Below, in pieces: positions 1 to 10,421 of a DNA stretch of 64,000 nucleotides. Each line of letters opens with the position of its first letter. The first letter of the stretch is position 1. The translations under genes and the position numbers were made by a program. The stretch is from assembly GCA_004431415.1 (NCBI GenBank), contig QPMI01000054.1, positions 372,001-436,000 of the forward strand, written 5' to 3'. The DNA is from Cyanophora paradoxa CCMP329 (lineage: Eukaryota; Plantae; Glaucophyta). Under the pieces are notes generated by a model, which made no database searches, was not told where the DNA came from, and saw nothing but the letters and a program-made list of their open reading frames with translations.

Positions 1-1398
1 GACAGCGGCGCGTCCCCCGGGCGCCCCCGGATGCACTCCGCCACAGCCTCCGCCTGCGCGCTGCGCTCCGGCGGCTCAGAGAGGCCCGGGGCGCGGCGGG
101 AGGCGCGGCCGGGCGGGGGGGCGGGCGGGCGCGCCTGGCGTTCTTCAGGGACCCGGAGAGGTCGAGTGACTGGAGACGGGTCTTGGCGGCGGCCTGGAGG
201 AGGGCGCGGGCGACGGGCTCCTCGTCCCCGCCGAGCGTGCAGTCGACGAGGGCGAGGGAGCGCAGCGCGCAGCCGTCCGCCGTGAGGCGCGAGACGAGGC
301 CGCGCTCGCCCAGCACCGCCGCCTGCCGCACCGCGATGTGGCTCACCGTGAACGAGCTCAGAGTCATGCTCGTGCCCGCGATCGCCAGCAGCGCCTGCGC
401 TGGCGTCGGGCGCTGTGCGGCGCGGCCGGCGCGCGGGCGGGGCGCACGCTGAGGTCGTCGCGGGGCCCGAGGGGCTTGAGGAAGGGCCCCGTGAATTTGA
501 TCTTCGCGAGGGCCGGGTGCGTGGAGCAGGCGGCGACGAAGGAGGAGATGACGGGCGAGTCCTTCAGCGTGAACGCGGGGCTCGAGCCCTCCGTGAGGGA
601 CAGCGAGCGTAGCCGCGCCGAAGCCGCCACGAACACGCTCAGCACGTCCATCGCCGCCTCGCCCAGCTCGCAGAAGCTGCGCGCAGCGACGGCGGGGCGT
701 CAGCTGCAGAGCGCTGCAGCGGCGTATGCGGCGCCGGCGCGGCGCATGCGGACCCGGCGAGCGTGAACTCCTTCAGGCGCGGCAGCTGCAGCGCGCAGAT
801 CTTGCTCACAATCGCATTCCTGTACGTGTTCTTCTTTCGCTCTGCGCGGGCGCCGTCAGCTCCGGGCGCGTCGGACGGAGACGGACGAGTTGACCGTCGC
901 CGCGCCAGGAGAGGCGGATGGAAAGAGTGCGCAGGCAATCCGCATAGCGTCCGACCCATTCTGCTATGCGATTGATCTGCGCAAGAGTCGTGTGAGTGCT
1001 CCGAGTCCCGTTGGCGAAGTGGGGTGGGACGGCAGTGTACATTGTGCAGATCATTCCCAACGACGAGGTTCAGCTTGACGTGTTTGAGCGACCGCTGCTT
1101 GTCGGCCAAGGCGTCCAGCAGAGCGATCAGTTCACCGGACAAGGGCACCTGCGGGTCGCCGTCAGGGCGCAGCGGAGAATTCGCCACGCCGTTCAGGATG
1201 CATGTAATCATCAATAGCTTCACGCACCGCGCACTGGAGCTCGAAGCGAAGAAGTGCCGCGTTGGAAGGAATGCGCTCCCGGAGCGCCAGCAGGTCCTCA
1301 CTCTTGCCGGCGAAGAGCTCGCTGATCTTGCCGGAGGGGAGCGGCGGATTGCACACGCACAGCGCCTCCTCGCCAGCCGTCGCCAGGAAAGCGCTCAT
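1..1398 (-). CDS. Multi-exon host gene, LRR/RNI-like repeat protein (runs off the left edge)
   Basis: Exon-like segments MSAFLATAGEE..., RSLKHVKLN, LPRLKEFTL, RLRSLSLT, ALRSLALVDCTLG show LxxLxL repeats, separated by short GC-rich introns. Exon boundaries are approximate. Confidence 0.5.
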
Positions 1399-1556
1399 TT
1401 CAAACGGGGGGCCCGTCGGAGAAATGCTATATCGTCCTTGCTAGAGGCCGCGCAGCCGCCGTCCTTGCTACAGGCCGCGCAGGCGCCGGGGGTTCATTCC
1501 AAGGTTTTAAAGTGGGGTACAATTACAGGTGGTAGCGTAGTGTACCCAGCAAAAGA

Positions 1557-3252
1557 ATGCGGTGGCTTGCGCTTCTGGCCATCCTGGCGCTCGCAGCGGC
1601 TGCAGATGATGCGGAAGACACGTGTGCATTCATGGCCGACGCGCCGTACTCTGGCCCGCCGCTTCTGGTTCGCCTCTCCCCGCCCGGGCCTCGTACGTGG
1701 CATGTCTAGGGCGGCACTTTGTCGTTCTAGCGCGGTGCGGTCGGCGTGGTCGACGCGGTCGGCCGCGTGACCGCATTATGGCTTGACGCGGCCGCTCGCG
1801 GCGCAGCCCGACCCTCCCATATCAGACTGCGCGGCGTTCAGCGACACGGCTCAGCGCACTTGCTGCAACCTTAACCAGGCGAGCAGCGATTTCATACGCC
1901 TGCTGCAACCTCGACCACGAACGCGCACCGCCTGACCGGGGGGCGCGCGGGCGCCATACGTATACGCAGACGGAGGCGATAATTGAAAACTTTTCAGACA
2001 GAGTGGAACCCCTGATGGGCGCCTGCCCGATCTGCGTGGAGAACCTGCGTAAGCTCTGGTGCGCGGCGAGCGCTTTGTTGGCAGCGCCTCGCCCTCGGCG
2101 CAGCTTGACGAGGCGAGCGCAGGTGCGGCTATACGTGCTCGCACAACCAGGTAGCCTGATGTCCTCTGGCGCCGGTCGCGGGATCCGGCGCCACGTGACG
2201 CGGTCGCGGCCGCCGCGTCAGAGCGCCTTCGTCAACGTGACCTCCGCGCCCGACGGCCCCCTCGCGACAACGTTCTACGTACGCCGCCGACTCGGCCCTG
2301 CGTCCCGCCCCGCCGATCGGGCCACCGCAGGTCTGCGAAGAGTTCGCCACCGCCCTCTATACCAGCTGTGCCGGTACCCCTGGCCCCTCCCACCCCCAGT
2401 CGCCGGTCGTACCCCTCCGTTGATGCGCTGCAGATGTATCGTTTGGTGGCGGGGCTACCGTGAAGGAGCTATGGGATACCCCCCTCAAGTTCCTGCAAAT
2501 GCAGGGCAGCGAGCAGAGCATGTGTGCCCTACCCTTCGCCATCCCCCGCTTCCAATCTGATCGCACTACTCGGCAGCACTCCTATCCTCGTACCCTCCTC
2601 CGCGTCCGTGGAACAGACATGCTTCGCGGCCGAGATCCGCCCCTGCCAGGTCCGGATCCGATCCGCTACCCGGGCCAAATCCCGTACCCTGGGTCCGTGA
2701 TCTCCCTTCCGTCAACGCGGTACCCCGCGGTTGCAGTGCGGGTGCGACTGCAACTCGTGCGCCGCGAAGTGTGAGGGCGTGCCCTGCCCGGGCTCGACGC
2801 CGGCGGGGGGCGGCGGCGCCGGCGACGAGCCGTCCGTCGGAGAGTGGCTGCAGGTGCGGGCCGCCGCCTCCGCGCGCCGCCGGTCGCCCGGGGCCCCGCG
2901 GGCGGCCCCCGCTGCATAGGTACCCGCGGCCGCCCACGATGATCTCTCGCAGGAGCACTGGCTAGCCTGCTCCATCGCGGCCGGCGCCTTTGTCGCAGTC
3001 CTTGTGACCGTCGCGGCGGCCAGCTACGCCCGCAGGTGCGCCCCCGTCCCTGGCCGGCGCATCGATTCCGCCGGCGCTCTAGATCTGGATCTACGGCTTG
3101 CTTTCTACTTCCTCGCCCACCCGCTCCATCTCGGCTTGCGGGTTCCTCCGCTCACCCCGGCCCCCAGGAGAAGGGCGGAGTCCCCCGAGAGGACCCCGCT
3201 GCTCTCGGCCGCGGCCGGTGCAAGTGGCCCCGTACCCCCCGTGCGGGCCTGA
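1557..3252 (+). CDS. Type I membrane protein with a Niemann-Pick C1 N-terminal (sterol-binding) domain, multi-exon
   Basis: ATG at 1557 gives signal peptide MRWLALLAILALAAA. Exons encode TCCNLNQ, GACPICVENLRKLWC, QSAFVNVT, CEEFATALYTSC and CGCDCNSCAAKC, which follow the NPC1-NTD cysteine pattern. These are followed by a TM segment (WLACSIAAGAFVAVLVTVAAA) and a C-terminal ERTPLL dileucine motif. Confidence 0.7.
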
Positions 3253-3956
3253 TGTCTAGCGACCCACGACCATGGCCTCCCCTCCGAATTCAATTAATAT
3301 TTCGCACTTCTACGCTTGTTGCCAGCGCTCGCGTGCAGGGCACTGCAGGCTCGGTCCGCAGGCTCGATCTGCTCAGCCAGGCTAGCGCTGGTTATATATT
3401 AATTAGGCGACACCTTCGGGGATCGCAGCTTCATGCAATCCCGAGTCCTGGCATGCGCAGGCCCGGCCATGGCCATGCATATGCATATGAATTGCGCATG
3501 CGCCGCGCGGCCGGGCCCAAGCTTGACTCAGTGAAGCGGCCACGGCCGGGCCCAATTGCAAGCTTGAAGCGGCCACGGCCCCCTCTAGACTAGTACTCTG
3601 CATTAAATTCAGATATAAAATATTCCAGCTGCAGCTGCGCGCATATGCATGCAATTGCAAGCGGAGAAGTATAATTATAATTAAGCTTCAGGCACGTGCA
3701 TGCACGATTAGTTTTGAAGAAATATATCCGTGCGCATTCAACCATTCCGCGGCCACCACTGGCCGCGGATCTCATGCAGGCTATGGCATATGCCTGCTGG
3801 CCATGCAGCCCGCGGCGCCGGCCTGGCCGGCGTGCCTAGCAAGCCCAGCCATATTCCCGTCGCGGCGGCGCCCGATCGCGACGACCCCAAGTTAATTATA
3901 AGCCACGCGTACGTATATACGTCGACGCCCCGACATAACCATTGCAATTGCATGCG

Positions 3957-4384
3957 AAAAAATGAGAGAGGACCTGATTCTGTGGCCCACCCCTCTTCAC
4001 CACCCTCACCTCTCCGAACCCACCCCAACCCACCCAATCCAGCGTCTTCCCAGCCATCACTCTCGCCAACCCTTCCGCTACGTCTACCGCCCTTCTCTCC
4101 CTCTGGTCTACCTCCCCTTCCATCCAGCAACCACTAGGTACTATCTAACGTCTACTCCAATCGATCTTGCAAAAGATATAGCAGTGATTTGAGACGGGCC
4201 CCCAACGCGACGGTCTGCAGAGATAGCTTAATCAGCAGCTAGGCGTTAATACTGTGTTCTTCCTATCTAAATAGCGGAGAGGTTTCCAGGTTCTAGCTAG
4301 ACGATAAAACTATATAATCGAAGCTGATTGCATATGCGAGTTTAGGTTCTAGTTAGTCAATAATACTGTGTGGATGATAGCGCC
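3957..4384 (+). repeat. Left TIR of the Polinton-like virus
   Basis: Starts AAAAAATGAGAGAGGACC and is the reverse complement of 14604-15031, with one mismatch seen (4141 vs 14847). Confidence 0.95.
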
Positions 4385-4460
4385 AGTAGCAATGTTGAAG
4401 ATTTGGACAGGAAGTCCTAAAAAACGAAAAGATCGAGAGATGTTGAAGATTTGGACAGAA

Positions 4461-4620
4461 AGTATAGTAATGTAGACGAGCTTCTATGCGCTGGCATAAA
4501 AGTATAGTAATGTAGACGAGCTTCTATGCGCTGGCATAAAAGTATAGTAATGTAGACGAGCTTCTATGCGCTGGCATAAAAGTATAGTAATGTAGACGAG
4601 CTTCTATGCGCTGGCATAAA
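4461..4620. repeat. Four perfect 40-bp tandem repeats just internal to the left TIR
   Basis: AGTATAGTAATGTAGACGAGCTTCTATGCGCTGGCATAAA x4. Each unit contains the hairpin TATGC-GCTG-GCATA. Confidence 0.95.
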
Positions 4621-4622
4621 AG

Positions 4623-4788
4623 TGATAGTGCGCTGATAGTGCGCTGATAGTGCGCTGATAGTGCGCTGATAGCTAGCCGGAGACAAGCCGGAGACAAGCC
4701 CGAGACAAGCCCTGTGCCAAGCCGGATCCCGGAGACCAAGCCCGAGCCAAGCCGTCAAGCCAATCGTTACAGGCATCGTTACAGGCAT
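4623..4788. repeat. Short 11-12-bp tandem repeat tracts
   Basis: TGATAGTGCGC about x4.5, then degenerate AGCCGGAGACA copies, then ATCGTTACAGGC x2. Confidence 0.85.
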
Positions 4789-5445
4789 TCACTCCCAGCG
4801 ATGCCGGAGCCCTAGCTTAGTGAAGCCGCTCAGCATTGGCTTGTACTCGATCGCCGGCCCGACAGGATCAGCACTGCTAGAGGCGATGCGCAGGATCGAT
4901 GCGTTAGCTACAGGCAGCTCGCTAGCATTCTCATCGACCTCGGGGATCGCAACAATCGTCTTAGCAGGAACAGCAGATGCAGGAGGGGCAACCTTCTTAT
5001 CGACCTTTGTCTTCGTGATCGGTTCATTTAAAATCTTGTTCTCCATCTTAGTCTCAGCCGCGATGCCAGCTATAAGATCACTAGCTCGCTTCTTTGAAAC
5101 TGTTTTAAGACCGGTCACAGTTTTAATGAAATACCTGCTACGATTAGCCGTCTCTGAGATGTACAGCGGCCCATCGTCGGTATCCCTTAGCTTGCTAGTC
5201 TTGGTCTTCTTAGTCCGAGAATTCGGGATCTTATCAAGAATAGCGTTCTCATCGGCGGTAAGAGCATAGTCGTTGGATGCACCCTCACCGCCACCAGCGC
5301 GACGGGCTAGCGGGTAAGCATCAGTATCACCACTCAAGAACTCGATGTGATTCTTCTTAGTAGGGCTGGAAGTGCGCAGCCAAGACTGCATGTCTGTCGA
5401 CTTCTTTCGCGGAGTGCGCAGCCGAGACTGCTTGTCTGTCGACAT
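4789..5445 (-). CDS. Viral hypothetical protein (218 aa, Lys/Ser/Thr-rich; possible core/DNA-binding protein)
   Basis: Uninterrupted ORF in tandem after mCP, with a duplicated N-terminal STDxQSxLRT motif. No domain recognised. Confidence 0.6.
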   Translation of the reverse strand: MSTDKQSRLRTPRKKSTDMQSWLRTSSPTKKNHIEFLSGDTDAYPLARRAGGGEGASNDYALTADENAILDKIPNSRTKKTKTSKLRDTDDGPLYISETANRSRYFIKTVTGLKTVSKKRASDLIAGIAAETKMENKILNEPITKTKVDKKVAPPASAVPAKTIVAIPEVDENASELPVANASILRIASSSADPVGPAIEYKPMLSGFTKLGLRHRWE

Positions 5446-5470
5446 CTTTTAACTAGTAGTGGGAAAAAAC

Positions 5471-6348
5471 TTATGCGAACGATCTGTCGAAGGGGACGTA
5501 CTCGCTGGCTGCATTCTTGATTGCGGATTTAGCAGCAGCAGACGTGTAAGAGACATCCTCGATATCGAACTCTAGCACGAACGAGAACTCCGTGTTTGTG
5601 ACAGCGTCTGTTCCATTATGATAGCGCAGCGATATGTCAAGTTCAGACAGCTCAGCGTTTCGATCGAAGCCTGTGACGGGAACACGATCCTCAGATGTGA
5701 ACTTGATGAGCTCCCGAATTTTGAGTCGATGTGAATCTTTGCGATCGAGCCCGTTGTATAGGGGTTAAGTGTCAAGATCGAGCCTTTGATCTGCTGAATG
5801 TACAGGAACAAATACGTGTGATAAAGTAGATCAACTGGCATATCGCTGAACAGCTCGTACGAATATTGTACGCCATCGATTGTCTCAGGTGTGTCAAGCT
5901 CACTGGAAAGGTCACTGAGAGTCTTCGCAAACCCGAGCAGGTTCGCTAGTTCGGCCGATGTGAAGCTCAAAATAAAGTCCGCTTCACACAGGAACCTAAG
6001 CCGCATTGAGATCTCTTCGAACTGAACGACGAACTTGCGCTGATAAGTAGTTCCACCGTAACTATACTGCTGGGTTTTAAGAAGCGTGCTTAGATAGTTT
6101 GCAAGGGAGGTTGGCGTATAGACTCCGGGCTTGAAAGTGTTGGCACGTGTTTTCTCAACGCCAGAGGGATCAAGGGTGCCGGTGATAATTGCGGCTTGTG
6201 TGGACAGGTTGAACATGTTATGAAACAGTTCTAGCGAATCAACTCGCACCGACTTTACATTAACGAGGGGCCTTGGGAGATTGATCTTGAAATTCGAGGA
6301 CGTGCCTTCGAACCGGTCCCTAGAATCGACATTTACGCGGAGCTTCAT
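5471..6348 (-). CDS. Minor capsid (penton) protein, one frameshift near 5713-5715
   Basis: N-terminus MKLRVNVDSRDR...SSNFKINLPRPLVNVKSVRV is penton-like. Adding one base at the CCC run restores the C-terminus LDISLRYHNG...FSFVLEF and a stop at 5471. Confidence 0.8.
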
Positions 6349-6392
6349 CTTTACAACAATATGCATGAAAATTTTCTGGTCTATAATAGCAA

Positions 6393-7621
6393 ATGGCGCA
6401 AGCAGGAACAACTCTAAAGGAGCTCCTCACTACCAAAGGTTCAAGCGAGCTTTATCTATCCCCGGGTCTCACTGTCGGTGTCAGCCCCAAGTTCAAGCCT
6501 TTCCTTGAAACGATCCGTCCGCGAGGCAACTCGTACGGCTTCGCGCAGACTGCCGCTTTCGACCTTCCGCGCAAGCAACTTCTAAACGGTGTCTCGCTAT
6601 ACTTTAAGGTCAGCGTCGCTGGCGGAGCGGCCGCCTCAGTGCTGCCGAATGGCGCAGGTGCATTTATTGAAAACGTGCGCTTTGTTCATGGATCCTTCAA
6701 GATGGTGATCCAGGAGACTGGCTTACTGTGAACGCGCTCATCGATAATAGCGTTGCATCCGCCCAGGCTTTTGCTAGCAGCTACGGCTTTGGAAAGGACG
6801 CTGCTCTTGAGATTCTCGATGCCAGTCGCGAGTATGTGCTAAAGATCCCCTCCCAGCTCTGGGACAATTCATACTTCCCGCTCCTCGCACTGGCTGACAT
6901 GCCCACCGTCGAGATTGACTTCCGTTCGGCTTCGGTGGTTGGAACTGTCGCTAGTGCTGTTGCAACTCTAACGGATTGTGCCCTGGTTTGCCAGTTCGTG
7001 AATATCCCTAGCGAAGAGGCTGAGTCTATGCTTAAATCTGCAAACGAGAGCGGTGGTATTCGAATTCCTTTCACCGAGATTATTTCAAAGCGCTCGAGGC
7101 AGTTAAAGACTGACGACGCGGGGAATGCAGTCGAAATCTCCCTTGCCAACGTCAGCGGCCTTGTGCACGCGATCCTGATGACAGTGCGTAATGCGAATCA
7201 CCTGGGCACTCGCAATCACAATTCATTTGCTGGCAACGGAAATGCGCTGAAAATCGATTCGTTTGAGATCATGCACAACAACCGAACTCTCGACATCAGC
7301 AATAAGCCAATCTCTGGGTTTGTATCATCGTGCTATCACATTCCAACTCAATACCGCGGTGCAACCACTGGCAATTCAGCTCTTGGCTTCGAGGACGGAA
7401 ATGTCTATGGGATTGTGCTTTCGAAATCTGGCAAAGACTCACTGCATAACGCTGTCCTCGGCTACACAGACTTCTTTAATTCCAGCAGCAGCTACTGCTC
7501 GCTAACTGTGACCGGCTGCACAAACGCAGCGCCAGCAGTTGTTGACTTCCACGTCCTGCGCCACAATGTTCTCGTAATTAACTCGTATCAAATGTCAACT
7601 CTAAAGGTAAGTAACTTCTAG
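6393..7621 (+). CDS. Double jelly-roll major capsid protein, one frameshift near 6690
   Basis: ORFs 6393-6731 and 6728-7621 join into about 409 aa. Motifs FDLPRKQLLNGVSL, FIENVRF...GDWL, FPLLAL...VEIDF and a terminal HNVLVI strand fit an MCP, and the gene lies between penton and ATPase. Confidence 0.8.
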
Positions 7622-8325
7622 ATGGATATCAAACTGTTTGATCCTACAGAAATAAAACTGCCTAAACGGTTCTTGTTTGTCGGTCCAACAAACTCGGGCA
7701 AGAGCACCTACGTAAAACACGTGCTAAATGCTGTAGCGCCACAGTTAGACGATATTTACGTCTTCAGTACGACCGCATTTACTGGCAATGGAATGATACA
7801 ACACGACCAAGTAATATCCAGGAAGAATGGGATCCAGTTTTGGTTGAAGCGCTGCTAGAACGACAAAAAGAAAGAAGACGCAAAAATGATGATCGCAAGA
7901 TTGCAATTGTTTTAGACGATTTACTTGACAATGACCTAGTAAATGTCCACAGTGACAGACTCATGCAAAAGCTATTTACTTCTGGCCGTCATTACAACAC
8001 CACCCTTTTCATAACGACTCAACGTCTTTGTGGCATCAGTCCGACGATTCGGCGGAACTGTGAGTACGTTTGCTTTTCGTCGATTTTGAGCAATGTTAAA
8101 GAGTTCAACACTTGCTTCGACGAATATAATGCCGGAGCGAGTCGAGCAAATCTAATGCGTCTTTTCGTTGAATGGGGTCATTCGTTTCAGGTTTTGATAT
8201 ATGAAGGCGTGAGCGCGGACCGCGTTTATGCTGTTGACAAAGCCTCTGGAACGACTTCGGCTCTATTGCGCTTTGTGCGCGTAAAAAAGCAGCGCGATCG
8301 AAAGTCGGTAGCCAGGACTGTTTGA
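7622..8325 (+). CDS. A32/FtsK-like genome packaging ATPase, one frameshift near 7784
   Basis: Walker A GPTNSGKS, Walker B IVLDD and the A32 motif GRHYNTTLFITTQ...IRRN. Confidence 0.92.
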
Positions 8326-8488
8326 GCAACCAACTTGTATATTCTGGACGTGATGTCGCGATCCACAGGTAGGAGGCTCCTTTAAAAATACCAAAGCTGA
8401 TGCAGTGACTTGGGGTGAGTTGACTCCTGCCTGGCCAACAGTCTTCTAGATTTAACTCTTCCTCTGCCGTTTCGAGTTCGAGTTCCAT
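8105..8488 (-). CDS. Small viral hypothetical protein with an FGxxKG...PEYxxWL motif
   Basis: ISFGIFKGASYLWIATSRPEYTSWLL resembles FGKYKG-type small domains (DUF3820/ExoX C-terminal-like). It overlaps the ATPase 3' end convergently, so its true end is uncertain. Confidence 0.45.
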   Translation of the reverse strand: MELELETAEEELNLEDCWPGRSQLTPSHCISFGIFKGASYLWIATSRPEYTSWLLKQSWLPTFDRAAFLRAQSAIEPKSFQRLCQQHKRGPRSRLHISKPETNDPIQRKDALDLLDSLRHYIRRSKC

Positions 8489-8519
8489 TAAAAAGATAAA
8501 GGGGTGTTATTCCCTTCAT

Positions 8520-9050
8520 TCAAACCTGTGGGAAGTTCAGCCGCAGAAACGGCTTGTCCTCTTCGCTGGTATGTTCTATAACGTAAGCATCACGAGCTTG
8601 AGCTGCTGCTTCGGCGGTTGCAAAGTAGCCGATGTTCTTTAGACGGCCATTGATCCTGTAATTTGCTTTCCATTTACAAAGTCGCTCATAGAAGCTGACG
8701 CCAATGAATCCTGATGTGTTTGTGAGCCGACGGTTTTGGTTCAACATCTGCTGACGCTTTGTCGCCAAACGTAGATTCTCGCGACGATTATCGAGTTTGT
8801 TATTATTAATGTGATCTACAGTAAGGTCATTCTCAAGTCTCCCAACAATGAACGTATGCAAATACATATTCTTTCCATTGATCTTGCTCGAGGTATAACC
8901 ATTGTTCAAACACCATCGTTTCTCCAGCACTCGATCAGCATCATCCTGTGATACAAAAGCGTAGGCGACGATTACTTTGCGCCGATTGCGAATACCGCCT
9001 AACGGAATCAAAGCAGCTCCCTCTGGAACATCTGGAACGATGACCTCCAT
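8520..9050 (-). CDS. HNH-AP2 homing endonuclease
   Basis: LHTFI...VDHINNNKLDNRRENLR (HNH) followed by NTSGFIGVS...KWKA...IGYFATAEAAAQARD (AP2). Confidence 0.92.
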   Translation of the reverse strand: MEVIVPDVPEGAALIPLGGIRNRRKVIVAYAFVSQDDADRVLEKRWCLNNGYTSSKINGKNMYLHTFIVGRLENDLTVDHINNNKLDNRRENLRLATKRQQMLNQNRRLTNTSGFIGVSFYERLCKWKANYRINGRLKNIGYFATAEAAAQARDAYVIEHTSEEDKPFLRLNFPQV

Positions 9051-9181
9051 CTGCGCAGCGAGCTGCTTGTCTGCGACTTTTTCGTTACATTTACAGTTTG
9101 CATTATCTTTAAGACTTAAAAGTCGCGCTAATTTGTCTTAAAAGGATTTATGTCTCTTATTATTGAGAGACAAACCGAACA

Positions 9182-9526
9182 ATGACTTCTGCAATTACTG
9201 CGGATTGCGTTGCGGTTAAACGTGGCCGTGGGCGACCCCCTAAGGTTCGTCTTTTAACAATGGAGCCTTATCAGCCGAAGAAGAAGGGGCCTAAACCGAT
9301 GGAGGTCACCCCGGAGATTTTAGCAGAGCGACGCAGAAAGAATGCTGAACGCAATCGCAAACTGCGCCACACGAACGAAACATACCGTTTGAAACAGCTT
9401 GCCATCACAGCGAAGTATCGAGCTGAGAATCCTGATAGGATCCGGGAGTACCACAGGAATGCTATTGCGCGTAGATGCCTCGCGAAGAGCGGAGCTTCTG
9501 TAGAGCTCGAGGTGATGCAGCTTTAG
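9182..9526 (+). CDS. Small basic AT-hook DNA-binding protein
   Basis: KRGRGRPPK AT-hook, a second KKKGPKP-like motif and an Arg/Lys-rich helical region. Confidence 0.7.
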   Translation: MTSAITADCVAVKRGRGRPPKVRLLTMEPYQPKKKGPKPMEVTPEILAERRRKNAERNRKLRHTNETYRLKQLAITAKYRAENPDRIREYHRNAIARRCLAKSGASVELEVMQL

Positions 9527-10412
9527 CACCTGCTCGTAGCTTTGGCTCCCCTGCAATCTCAAGCTTCTTGAGCTCTCGATACTGCCGGCTTTGACCGCTG
9601 TATTTTTTTGTTTCGATCAAACCCTCACGTCTCAATCGTCTCTGCTGTCGCATTTGCACTTCTTCTTTTTCGATTCGTGTTTGAGGTGCAAGCTCACGCG
9701 GTTGACGTATTTCCGATGGTTTAACACGTCTAGAAATTTCCACACCCTGTTTTGTAACGAGTCGAACACGGTTCTTGTCTGCGCCAGCAACTATGTACGT
9801 CTCCTTGCTTGGCTTTGTGGTTCCCTTCGCAAAAACGCTTGGCTTCGGCTCCAGGACTTGCACTTCGGTCCCTGTGCGCGGTATGTTCGAATTGTCTCGT
9901 TCAATATCGTTCTGTCGCTGTCTAACTTGATGCAGCTGCTCGGCTACCTGTGTATTTTCCCGCATCCACTTTGGTGAGTGCTCCCCGCCGAAAGAGCTGT
10001 GGGCTGTTTCATTGTACGCCTTGACAATTGCCGGCAAACGTGAGAGGAAATGCGGGGAGCCACGAGCTTCTGTATCAGTCTGAATCAGTGCTCGCAATGT
10101 CCTCGCGAACCTGTCGATAATTCCCAGCTTGGAGCCTTTTGAAATGTGATCATCCTTAGCCACATCAGTGTGCATTTTCAACGAGTTCTCTTCAGCCATT
10201 TCCCGAATTGCTGCTGTGTTGAAGCCGTTGTCTCCTGAAAAGCCCCATATTCCAGGTAGCTGCTCGATCATTTTTGGAAGCTGCTTAAAAGTCTCGAGCT
10301 TACGGACCACAGCGAAACGGGTTGCAATCTCGACCGCTGCGAACAGGCGAAATCTCCCAATGAACAGCACGTCAATTTGCCACGCACCGGGTGGCGCAGT
10401 AATCTGGTACAT
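9462..10412 (-). CDS. Retroviral-type (rve) integrase of the Polinton-like virus
   Basis: WQIDVL...ATRFAVVRKL, SGDNG, GIIDRFARTL and YNETAHSS. Consistent with the 6-bp TSD. Confidence 0.88.
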   Translation of the reverse strand: MYQITAPPGAWQIDVLFIGRFRLFAAVEIATRFAVVRKLETFKQLPKMIEQLPGIWGFSGDNGFNTAAIREMAEENSLKMHTDVAKDDHISKGSKLGIIDRFARTLRALIQTDTEARGSPHFLSRLPAIVKAYNETAHSSFGGEHSPKWMRENTQVAEQLHQVRQRQNDIERDNSNIPRTGTEVQVLEPKPSVFAKGTTKPSKETYIVAGADKNRVRLVTKQGVEISRRVKPSEIRQPRELAPQTRIEKEEVQMRQQRRLRREGLIETKKYSGQSRQYRELKKLEIAGEPKLRAGAKAASPRALQKLRSSRGIYAQ

Positions 10413-10421
10413 CTTTGTAAA

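Noticed and set aside
3730-4192. ORFs over the TIRs (also 14847-15137)
   Set aside because: They are low-complexity readings of the C-rich TIR that cross the element boundary.
4461-4620. Possible CRISPR-like array
   Set aside because: The repeats are contiguous and identical, with no spacers and no cas genes.
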